In this document: positions 10,311 through 22,300 of the stretch, one piece after another
How the letters are laid out: every line of letters starts with the position of its first letter
Position numbering within the stretch: the stretch's first letter is position 1
Origin: Mustelus asterias
Lineage: Eukaryota
Assembly: GCF_964213995.1 (NCBI RefSeq)
Contig: NC_135808.1
Coordinates: 22,630,001 to 22,694,000 of the forward strand
Direction: 5' to 3'
DNA length: 64,000 bases
Program-made: the position numbers and the translations under genes
Notes under the pieces: generated by a model
What the model was told of the DNA's origin: nothing
The model's database searches: none
What the model saw: the letters and a program-made list of their open reading frames with translations, nothing else

Positions 10311-13300
10311 GTGAGTGATGGGGTGTGAGAGGGGCAATGCCAGGCTGGGTACTGGGGCATTAACCCTGGGTCAGTGAGTGATGGGGTGCGAGAGGGGCAA
10401 TGTCAAGCTCGGTGGAGCTCTTGCTCTCAGTTTAGAATTCACATTTTGGGATTCATAGCCTGGTGTTTCACTATGTGTGACAGTGGGTGTTTTGGGGTTC
10501 ATGGCTTGATGTCTCTCTCTGTGGTGTTGATATTTTGGGTTTGTACCTCAATTTCTGTGTGTGTGTGTATGTATGTTTTGGTGTTTGGGGCTTCACACCC
10601 TGATGTCTCTCTCTCTGGGTGTTGGTGTTTTGGGGTTCACACCCTGATGTCTCTCTCTCTCTGGGTGTTGGTGTTTTGGGGTTCACACCCTGATGTTTCT
10701 CTCTCTCTCTGGGTGTTGGTGTTTTGTGTTTCTTACCCTAAGGTCTCTCTCTCTCTGGGTGTCGGTAGGGTTCATACCCTGATGTATCTCTCTCTGTGGG
10801 TTGACGTGCCTTCAAGGAAGGTTTTTATATCATGTTTCTTGTGAAGGGAATGTTTTAAACTCAGCACTGAGCACCGTGCTGATTTGTTTGCAACCTGCAG
10901 TCTACCTGATGAGAACGCAGTAGCATAATTAATCCTAGATAATGGGTTGTTTTGTTTATCGTCTGGGTTGTCCCCTGGGGTTTCAGAGTCGGGTTTGATT
11001 CGATTGATTTACAAGAGGAAGTCATCTGCTAATGGAAGAAGCTATTCTTACAGAGAAACAAAGCAGGCAGTTATCTGCTTCGGTCTGTCATCAGCAAGAA
11101 GTGTTATTCTCTCTCACTCTCTCTCTTTTAGGATTATAGTTTGGGACCTGTTTGAAAATAGGTCTCTCTCCATATTTGTTCTGGGGCTTAAGGACTAGCA
11201 GTCGCTGACCAGCACATAAGCCTGTTGTTTGCTAACTGATGTTAAAGATGAGTTTACGTCTCTGAGGAATATTGCTTAAATTGGGACTAATACAGATAGA
11301 CAAGCAGCAAAGAATTTGATCTTGTCTTGTTTCAGTATTTAAGTTGGTAAGATATACATCAATTCTTTTTGTTCTTGTTTAAACTGTTTTGTTCATTTTT
11401 TTAAAGCTTCCCATTGGGTCAATAGAATCACAGCTGGAGTGATTCACTTCATCCTCACACTCATGCCAAAATAAAAATAAAAATGTGGGTCTAGTCTAAC
11501 TTCATAATATAACTTGGAGTTTGAGGTCTGGTCCCTAAAAAAATTTAGGGAGTGACCGAGATCAGAGTTGAGAATTCCTTGTTCAGCTTAGGATTACTGA
11601 ACTCAAAGTCAGTGAGTGTTGAGTTTTTGTGTGTTCTCTTGAGGTGAATGCCGTATGGAATAAATGGTTCTTTTACTGGCTGAGGTTTTCCTGGGTGTGG
11701 AAGAAGTGACTCAGGATGGTTTACAAAAAGTGGATAAAGCAAAACTTCTGGCATTGCCAAACAAGTTGCAGCTTTCAGTGATAGCTCGGCACTTAAAATT
11801 GCCAGAAACATTGGAATTGGCTTGAATTCAACTCCAAATCTCACAGCTTGAATTAGAGGCAAAGGAAAGAAAACACAATTGAAACTGTTGAAATTGCAAT
11901 TAAAAGCAAATGAAAAAGAGTTGAGATAGTTTGAATTGTAATTTAAAGAAAAAGAAAGCGAGAGAGAATAGCCCTGGCAGAGCAAAACAAAGGGAAAAAG
12001 AATTAGAACTTCAGGAAGTGAAAAGGCAATTTGAACTTGAAATGTCTGAAAGGCAAATGTGTAAAACTGCGCGTGTATCAGGAAAAGGACAGATGATTTT
12101 GAATCAGTTTGTGAATCATATGTTGGCTTTCAACATCAGTTTCAGCCTGTGAGAGACAGAGAAATCCTCAGGTGGTAAAGGAGATGCCATTGGAGATCGT
12201 AAAGATAGTTTCCCTCAGGTAAATTCTTTCCACTAACTGAACTTCAACTTCTTTATCTTTACTTTGTGATTTCCCCTCCTGGCCAACCTGTGGCTTTGTA
12301 AACTTGTTATCCCGCAGTCAGGAAAAAAACCCCAGGATATGCTTCCTGCATCACCTCAGCTGTCTGATTTTCCACTGGCTTTTCAACCACAGTAACCATC
12401 ACTCCCACCTGTGATCCAGCTTTATCATTACCCAGGATAAACTGTATTCCTGGAAAAGATCATTTCCCTATCACTCCAACCCCCACCACCACTTTCGCCA
12501 GAATCTCCAACCTTACACTTTATAATGGAACACTACTCTTTTCACAAGTAATTTCACTTATTTCCACATTTTTCCGGCAATACTCCTTCCAAACTACATA
12601 TCTCCTCATCTTTCACCATCAAAGATTGACTTGATCCTGTACCTTTTAAAATCTGAGCTTCTTTACCTCCTCCTCCTGGTACACATAAGTAAACCTTACC
12701 CACATAAGTAAATTATTTAAAACGACTAAGCACTTGCTTATCAACCAATCCCTGACCAGGCTGGACACTTTTTCACCTGTTCAGCTTCAACTATGGTTTC
12801 CTTTATCAGTTAACAGACCCCAGATGGTTGAGCAAGAACATAAACTGTTGGAGGATGGAGGTCACTATTTTTAGTTCAGAAAGTTGTCAGAATTACAGCA
12901 GAAGGATATAGAAATAAAGCAATTGTATCAGAAAGCATATACAGAAGAAGAATCTGAGTGTATACCAGAGTGATACTACATTACAAATGATGAATTGATG
13001 AGATGCTGGAGATCATTACATATTCAGGCAGATGCATCAAAGTTATTCCGGGAAGTTGTGGATAGCTTAGGAGTAAAGCAATTTAAATCAACTCTGTACC
13101 ATCCAGAATCGCAGGGAATATTGAAACGCGAGCGTCAAATTTTAAAGGCCATGTTGAGGACCTCCAGGCAAGATTATCCAGAGGATTAGGATAAAGGATG
13201 CACCAAATGAATGAACTAAATTCAGTCTATTTGAATTAAGTTTTGTCATGAGATAAGTGGACCACTTAAATTCATCAAGGAAAAGTTGGTGAGTCAGCAT

Positions 13301-16300
13301 TCTGGGACTATGTTGGACTATGTGTCAAACTTTATGGAGAGATTAACTAGGGCTGGGAAGTTCATGAGACTGCAATTAAAGGTGGCACAGCATGTGAAGA
13401 AAAAAAGTGGACAAGAAAAGTTCCTCGTTTTGCTCGCAGGGATAAGGTGTTAGCATTATTAGCAGTGCTAGGTGAACATTTAACAGCTAGGTTTAGTGGG
13501 CCTTATCAAATAGGGTGGCATGGTGGCACAGTCGTTAGCACTGCTGCCTCACAATGTCAGGAACCGGAGTTCAATTCCAGCCTCAGGTGACTGTCTGAAT
13601 GGAGTTTGCACTTTTTCCCGTGTCTGCGTGAGTTTCCTCTGGGTGCTCCGGTTTCCTCCCACAGTCCAAAGGTGTACAAGAGAGGTTGATTGTCCATAAT
13701 AGCTTGTCCCCTTCGTGTCAGGGGGATTAGTGGGGTCGATGCAATGATGAGGTCGAGGTGGGATTGTTGTTGGTGCAGGCTCGATGGGCCAAGTGGCCTC
13801 CTTCTGCACTATAGGGCTTCAATGAAATTGAAAGAAAATTGAATAAGATGATTTTTAAAAATTCATTCATAGGACATGGGCATGGCTGCTGGCCAGCATT
13901 TATTGCCCATACCTAGTTGCCCTTGAGAAGGTGATAGTGAGCTGCCTTCTTGAATCGCTGCAGTCTATGTGCTGTAGGTTGACCCACACTGCCATTAGAG
14001 AGGCAATTCCAGGATTTTGACACAGCGACTGTGAAGGAATGGCGATACATTTCCAAGTCACCATGGTGAGTAGCTTGGAGGGGAACTTGCAGGTGGTGGT
14101 GTTCCCATGTAACTGCTGCCCTTGTCCTTCGAGATGGATGTGGTTGTGGGTTTGGAAGGTGCTGTCAAGGATATTTGGTGAATTGTTGCAGTGCATCTTG
14201 TAGATAGTACACACTATTGCTATTGAGCGTCAGTGGTGGAGAGAGTGGATGTTTGTGGATATGGTACCAATCAAGTGGGCTGCTCTGTCCAGGATGGTGT
14301 CAAGCTTCTTGAGTGTTGCTGGACCTCATCCCATCCAGGCAAGTGGGGAGTATTCCATCATACTCCTGATTTCTGCCTTGTAGATGGTGGGCAGACTTTG
14401 GGGAATCAAGAGGTGAGTTACTCGTCACAGTATTCCCAGCCTCTCACCGGCTCTTGTGTTTATGTGGCGAGTCCAGTTGAGTTTCTAGTCAATAGTAATG
14501 CCAAGGATGTTGACAGTGGGGGATTCAGTAATGGTAACACCATTGAATATCAAGGGGTGGTTGTTAGAGTGTCTCTTATTCATGATGATAATTGCCTGAC
14601 ATTTGTGTTGCTCGAATGTTACTTGCCACTTGTCAGCCGAAGCTTGGATATTGTCCAGATCTTGTTGCATTTGAACATGGACTGCTTCAGTATATGTGGA
14701 GTCATGAGTGGTACTGAAAATTGTGCAATCGTCAGCAAACATCCCCACTTCTGACCTGATGATGGGGGGAAGATCATTGATGAAGGAGTTGAAGATGGTT
14801 GGGCTGACGACACTACCCCAAGGGATTCATAAGAACATAAGAACCAGGAGCAGGAGTAGGCATCTGGCCACTCGAGCCTGCTCTGCCATTCAATAAGATC
14901 ATGGGTGATCTTCTCGTAGACTCAGCTCCACTTAGCCGCCAGCTCACCATAACCCTTAATTCCTTTACTGTTCAAAAATGTATCTATCCTTGCCTTAAAA
15001 ACATTCAATGAGGTAGCCTCAACTGCTTCACTGAGCAGGGAATTCCACAGATTCAAACCCATTGTGTGAAGAAGTTCCTCCTCAATTCAGTCCGAAATCT
15101 GCTTCCCCTTATTTTGAGGCTATGCCCCCTCATTCTTGTTTCACCCGCCAGTGGAAAAAACTTCCCTGCTTCTATCTTATCTATTCCCTTCATAATCTTA
15201 TATGTTTCCTTCAGATCTCCCCTCATTCTTCTGAATTCCAATGAGTATAGCCCCAGTCTACTCAGTCTCTCCTCAAAAGCCAACCCTCTCAACTCTGCAA
15301 TCAACCCTAGTGAATCTCCTCTGCAACCCCTCCAGTGCCAATATATCCTTTCTCAAGTCAGGAGACCAAAACTGTACACAGTACTCCAGGTGTGGCCTCA
15401 CCAGCACCTTATACAGCTGCAACATCACCTCGCTGTTTTTCAACTCCAATAAAGGACAACATTCCATTTGCCTTATTAATTACCTGCTCCACCTACAAAC
15501 CAACTCCTTGAAATTCTGCACAAGGACACCCAGGTCCCTCTGCACAGCAGCATGCTACAATTTTTTACCATTTAAATAATAGTCCATTTTGCTGTTATTC
15601 CTACCAAAATGGATGACTTCCCATTTACCAACACTATACTCCATCTGCCAAACCCTCGCCCACTCACTTAGCCTATCTATATCCCTTTGCAGACTTTCAG
15701 CGTCCTCTGCACACTTTGCTCTGCCACTCATCTTAGTGTCATCTGTGAATTTTGACACACTACACTTAGTCCCCAACTCCAAATCATCTCTGTAAATTGT
15801 AAACAATTGCGGTCCCAACACTGAACCATGAGGCACACCACTAGTCACTGATCGCCAACCAGAAAAACACCAATTTACCCTCACTCTTTGCTTTCTGTTA
15901 GTTAACCAATCCTCTATCCATGCTAGTACATTACCCGTAATACCGTGCACCTTTATCTTGTGTAGCAGTCTTTGGTGGGTCACCTTGTCAAATGCCTTCT
16001 GGAAATCCAGATACACCACGTCCACAGGTTCCCCATTGTTCATTCCTGCACAGATGTCCTGGAGCTGAGATGACTGACCCTCCACAATCACATTCCTATG
16101 TGCCAGGTATGACTCCAACCAGCGGAGAGTTTGCCACCTGATACCCATTGATTTCAGTTTCGCTAGAGTTCCTTGATGCCACACTTGGCCGAATGTGGCC
16201 TTGATATCAAGGGCTGTCACTTTCACCTCACCTCTGGAATTCAGCTATTTTGTCCATGTTTGAACCAAGGCTGTAATGAGGTCAGGAGCTGAGTGACCCT

Positions 16301-19300
16301 GGTGAAACCCAAACTGGGCGTCACTGAGCAGGTTATCATTAAGCAGGTGCTGCTTGATAGTACCCGTGGAGAATTATATGACAAGAACGTTGGATCGAAG
16401 GAAATCTCACAGAGTGTTTCCTGAGAATATACTCAAGCAATATTTTGATCGGGAAGGAAAGCAGAAGGGGGATGCATTAGTTATGACAATGCAGAGTGAA
16501 GAAATAAGTCCAGATGATTCTGCATTTGACATTCTTCAAATTAGATTGGATAATGTGGAAGTAATCGGAAATTGAAATAAACGATTGAGTTACCTTCTGG
16601 AGGAAAATCAAAATGGCCTGAAAGAGTTACTACAACCACATGGAGAGATATGTGGGAATAAACTGGGAAGGACTAAAATAATTATGCACAACGTAGATGT
16701 AAGAAATGCTGTTCCAATTAAGCAATATCTGTACAAGCTTAACCCTCCAAAGTTGGCATAGGTTCAAAAGGAGATTGAAAGCATATTTAAAAATTACATA
16801 ATTGAAGTGAGTTGGAGCGAGTGCAGCTCACCCGTAGTGAGGGTTCCAAAATGAGATGACACCCAACAATTCTGTGTGGACTATAGGAAAGTTAATGCAG
16901 TTACAAAATAAGATTCATATCCCATTCCTTTCTTGGGAGACTGCATTCAGAAGGTGGGACAAGTGACTTTTATTTCCAAACTTGACTTACTAAAAGGATA
17001 CTGGCGGGTACCTTTATCCGAAAGGGCAAAGGAGATTTTGGCTTTCATGACAAAAAATGGTCAGTACCAGTTTAAAATCATGCCATTTGAAATGAAAAAT
17101 GCACGAGCCACATTTCAAACATTAACTAATAAGGTCATTTCTGGACTACCTAATTGTGCTGTGTACATAAACAAACTGGTGGTTTTCAGACAGATGTGGA
17201 AGGAACATTTGGAGCACCGAGCGGAATTGTTCAATTGGCTTCAGGATGCAGGCTTGGTGGTAAACTTGGCTAAGAACGAGTTTACAAAAACCAAAGTCAC
17301 ATTCATAGTCCATACAATTAGACATGGATGGAAGGCCCTACGGTCGGTGAAAACAAAGGTTATTGGGGAGTGCCCAATACTGCCGGTGAAAAGTGAAGTA
17401 CTGCATTCTTGGACCTGGATGGTTTTTATAGGAATTTTGTGCCAAACATTTGCATTATGGTTGCTGCACTGACTGACTTGCTGAAAAAACATGCAAAATT
17501 TCAGTGGACGGTGAATGTCAGAGGGCATTTGGCAGCCTGAATAATGTGTTAACCACTGCACCTGTGTTGGCAAGAACAAATTATGCAAAACCATTCAAGA
17601 TGGCCATTGATGCGAGTGATGTGGCTGTTCTATTACAAGAAGATGACAAAAGGATATAAAGACCAATTGGGTACTTTTTTCTGGAAAACTAAATAACCAT
17701 CAAAAGAGATTCAACCATTGAGAAAAGAAACATTGAGTTTGGTGTTGGCATTGCAACATTTTAACGTTTATGTTGTCAGCAATTCATCTGAGACAGTTAT
17801 TTACACTGATCATAATCTATTGACGTCTCTGGAGAAATTTAGAGATCAAAGTGAAAGGCTCTTTAGATGGAGTTTATTATTACAGCCATTTTATATGAGA
17901 ATTACAATGTGGCAGAAAGTGAGAATGTGATTGCTGATGCTTCATCAACAATTTCATGAAAGAGGAAGGAATATTCAATGTCGGAAGAGAATGACTGTAC
18001 TGGACAATAGAACTATTATACTTGCATGCATTGATTTACTAGAATGTGTATATTTTATATATATATATATGTAGTACTAATAGTGTGAAACTTGAAGTTA
18101 TGAAAAATGAAGCCATTTTTTATTGCTGTTTTTTTTAAGGGGGAGGTGTGAGGATACTGTGCCTTTAAGAAATGTATCTATATCATGTTTCTTGTGAAGG
18201 GATTGTTTTCAACTTCAGCTCTGATTACAGTGCCGATTTGCCCACAAACAGCAGCCCACATGCTGAGAGTGCAGAAGCATAATTTATCCCAGATAATGTT
18301 TCTTTTTGCTTTTATCTGAGCTGTTTTGTTTATTTTTTTGGGTTGTCCCTGGGGTTTCAGAGTAAGGTTTAATTCGGTTGATTGACAAGAGGAAGTCATA
18401 TGCTGATGGGAAGAGCTAAGCTTACAGGAAGACAAGCAGACAGTTGTCTGCCTGGACCTGCCAGAAGCATTATTCCCTCTCTCTTTCTCTAAAGACTGTA
18501 GTTTGGGACCTGCTCGAAAATAGGTCTCTCTCCAGAGGTGTTTTGGAGGCTGGAGATACCCAGCTCAGATACCCACATGTAAGGCTGTTTGCTGACTGAT
18601 TTTCAGGAGGTGTTTATGTCTATGAGGAATATTGCTTAAATTGGAACAATTAGAAATAATCCAGCAGTTAAGAGTTGTATCTTGTCACATGTAAGAATTT
18701 CAGTTGGTAAAAGTTGAGGCTATTTCTTTTTGTTATAGTTAAACTGTACTGTTAAATAAAGTTTGTTTTGACAAAAGCTTCCTAGTGGGTCATTGGAATG
18801 ACACCTCGAGTGAAACACTTTATCCTCACACGAATGTCAAAGTCAAAAAAGAGAGTTGGGGTCTGGTCTAAATTCATAACATGGAGTTTCTAATCTGGTG
18901 CCCAACGGTGGATGCTGGTGTTTTGTGTTCATACCTTGATCTCTCTCCGTTTTTCAGGTTCTCACTCTCTCCGGATTTCCGTCACGGGAATGACTCCGAT
19001 CCCGGGTTTCCCGGAGTTTGTGCTTGTCGGTTATGTGGATGATCTCCGGGTTGTTGTGTACGACAGCGATCGGAAGGAGCTGATCCCCCAGGAGCAGAGG
19101 ATGGTGGAGATCGACGGACATGAGGCTTGGGAACAGAAGAAGATTCTCGCACAAGAGCTGGGGATGATTGTCAAATTGTCTTTTCCGGTCTTCATTTCTC
19201 TGTCCCAGCAGACAGGAAGTGAGTCCTCACTTTCCCACCACTCGGGGGTGCAGGTGGGAAGAAACCAAGAATGGATCAGGAACTGGGAGCCAGAGGCTGA

Positions 19301-22300
19301 TTGGCTACGATTGGATATGTGACAGCAAATTTGATTGGCGATCAATGAGTGGAGGGAATGTATCCAAGAGAGACTGGCTCGGATTGGCTGTGTGTGGAGG
19401 ACATGAGATCCACTTAGTGTAACTGCCGCTGATTGGCTTTCTATGTGGTGGGAGGTGCCTCGCTTGATTTGATTGGCTCTTGATAGAGTGGGTCTGGCTT
19501 CTGAGTGGAACTAGCTTGGATTGGCTGTGGGGGTGGGATCTCACATTGGGACTGACTCTAATTGGCTGTTTGTGATCCACAGGAATCCATGTTTTACAGA
19601 TGATGACTGGCTGCAATCTGAGGGATGATGGGACCACGAGTGCATTCAACCGGATTGGGTGGAATGGACAGGATGTGCTCAGCTTCGACAAGGATCACAT
19701 GGTGTGGGTGACCCCAGTGACCTGGGGAGAGATCATCAAAAACAATCTTGACAGGGATACTGCCCAGAATGAGCGATTCAAACAATTACTGGAGGTGGAC
19801 TGTATTGAGTGGTTGAGGAAATCCCTCGAGTTCGGACAGAGTGAACTGACAGCTGGTGAGTGAGGGGGGAGCGAGAATTGGTGAGTGATGGGGGGAGCGA
19901 GAGTCGGTGAGTGAGGGGGGGAGTGAGAGTCGGTGAGTGAGGGGGGGAGTGAGAGTCGGTGAGTGAGGGGGGAGCGAGAGTCGGTGAGTGAGGGGGGGAG
20001 CGAGAGTCGGTGAGTGAGGGGGGGAGCGAGAGCCGGTGAGTGAGGGGGAGCGAGAGTCGGTGAGTGAGGGGGGAGCGAGAGTTGGTGAGTGAGGGGGGAG
20101 CGAGAGTCGGTGAGTGAGGGGGGAGCGAGGGTCGGTGAGTGAGGGGAGAGCAAGGGTCGGTGAGTGAGGAGGGTTTGGGAATCAGTGGGTGAGGTAGGAG
20201 TGAGTGGGAATCGGTGAGTGAGGGAGGGAGTGAGAGTCGGTGAGTGAGGAGGGGAGCGAGAGTCGGTGAGTGAGGGGGGAGGGAGAGTCGGTGAGTGAGG
20301 GGGGGAGCGAGAGTCGGTGAGTGAGGGGGGGAGCGAGAGCCGGTGAGTGAGGGGGAGCGAGAGTCGGTGAGTGAGGGGGGAGCGAGAGTTGGTGAGTGAG
20401 GGGGGAGCGAGAGTCGGTGAGTGAGGGGGGAGCGAGGGTCGGTGAGTGAGGGGAGAGCAAGGGTCGGTGAGTGAGGAGGGTTTGGGAATCAGTGGGTGAG
20501 GTAGGAGTGAGTGGGAATCGGTGAGTGAGGGAGGGAGTGAGAGTCGGTGAGTGAGGGGGGGAGCGAGAGTCGGTGAGTGAGGGGGGAGGGAGAGTCGGTG
20601 AGTGAGGGGGGGAGCGAGAGTCGGTGAGTGAGGGGGGGAGCGAGAGTCGGTGAGTGAGGCGGGAGTGAGAGTTGGTGAGTGAGGGGGGGAGCGAGTGTCG
20701 GTGAGTGAGGGGGGAGCGAGGGTCGGTGAGTGAGGGAGGAGCGAGGGTCGGTGAGTGAGGAGGGTTTGGGAATCAGTGGGTGAGGTAGCAGTGAGTGGGA
20801 ATCGGTGAGTGAGGGAGGGAGGGAGACTCGGTGAGTGAGGGGGGAACTGAGAGTCGGTGAGTGAAATGTGAGTGAGAGTCGGGGAGGGGGTGGGAATCAG
20901 TGGGTGAGGGGGTGTGGGAATCAGTGGGTGAGGGGGGAGTGAGTGGGAATCAGTGGGAGTGAGTGGGAATCAGTGGGTGAGGGGGGAGTGAGTGGGAATC
21001 GGTGAGTGAGGGAGACTGAGTCATTGAGTGACTCGGGACAGATAGAGAGAAAGGTAGAAAACACCTCCTGCATTTTGCAGAAAGCTGGAGGGAGATACTT
21101 ATTTTCTATCAGCTCCCAGACTGCAATTTCCAGACAGAGAAAGGGAGAGAGAAAGAGCTGCTCCTTCGTTTTTCAAATTGAAACAGCAACTGCCTGCCTG
21201 TCCCTCTGTAACCCAAACTGCTCCCATTGACATGATTTCATTCTTGCCAATCAACCTAATTACACCCGACTCTGAAACACCAGGAGAAAACCACAACATT
21301 TCACAAAACTGCATTAGCTCAGATTAAAACAAACACCCCAATACTTAGGACCAATTACTCTTCTGCATTATGTTGTGAAGTTTATGTTTTTAAAATGATA
21401 ACACAATTGTAACAATTGGAGTTTTCTAAACAGCATTCCATTGGAATCGTGCTTTATTCGGTTTGTTAATTGTTTTGTTAACCTGATTGCTGTTAGTTAG
21501 ATAAATAAAGTGTTACTTGTTGCTTTACAGAGGGAATCTCAGGTAGTTATTTTGATTTGACCACTAAAAGTTGCTGAAGAGCAGATATTAACCCTTCTCA
21601 CACACACTTTAACAGATTATGAAGGGACGTAATGCTCTTTCAGTGGCTGAGTATCAGTTCTCAGAGAGGAAATCAACTTCCACTTCGTAACAATTATCAG
21701 CATGTGGGCTGCTGCAGTAATCAGAGTTGACACATAAAACAGTCCCTTTAGAAGAAATGCAAATACATTCCTTAAAAGCACAGTTCTGACACAGGGGACT
21801 TAGAGTGAGTGAGGGAGGGAGGGAGTGAGATTCGGTGAGTGAAGGAGGTGAGAGAGCCGGTGAGTGAGGGGGGGGAGTGAGAGTTGGTGAGTGAGGGGGG
21901 AGTGAGAGTCGGTGAGTGAGGGTGGAGTGAGAGTCGGTGAGCGAGGGGGGAGTGAGAGTCGGTGAGTGAGGGGGGAGTGAGAGTCGGTGAGTGAGGGGGG
22001 AGTGAGAGTCGGTGAGTGAGGGGGGGAGTAAGAGTCAGTGAGTGAGGGGGGTAGTGAGAGTCGGTGAGAGAGGGTGGAGTGAGAGTCGGTGAGTGAGGGG
22101 GGAGTGAGAGTCGGTGAGTGAGGGGGGGAGTGAGAGTCGGTGAGAGAGGGTGGAGTGAGAGTCGGTGAGTGAGGGGGAATGAGAGTCGGTGAGTGAGGGG
22201 GGAGTGGGTGTCGGAGGGTGAGGGGGGAGTGAGAGTCGGTGAGTGAGGGGGGAGTGAGAGTCGGTGAGTGAGCGGGGAGTGAGAGTCGGTGAGTGAAGGG

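Larger units (their letters stand above)
10795..18906 (+). mobile_element. Decayed Ty3/Gypsy LTR retrotransposon, Gmr1-like (gag-PR-IN-RT-RH), with nested insertions
   Basis: Similar LTRs at ~10795-11540 and 18147-18906. PPT aagggggagg precedes TGT at 18147. Integrase (YHPESQG ~13095; FSGPY ~13495; [11 protein letters not shown] ~16410) lies upstream of RT (KLDLLKGYW ~16980) and RNase H (YTDHN ~17800). Protease-like [11 protein letters not shown] is on the - strand at ~12620-12655. Confidence 0.85.

Noticed and set aside
15555-16226. 223-aa RT ORF with a duplicated motif
   Set aside because: Chance in-frame fusion across the junction of two nested LINEs.
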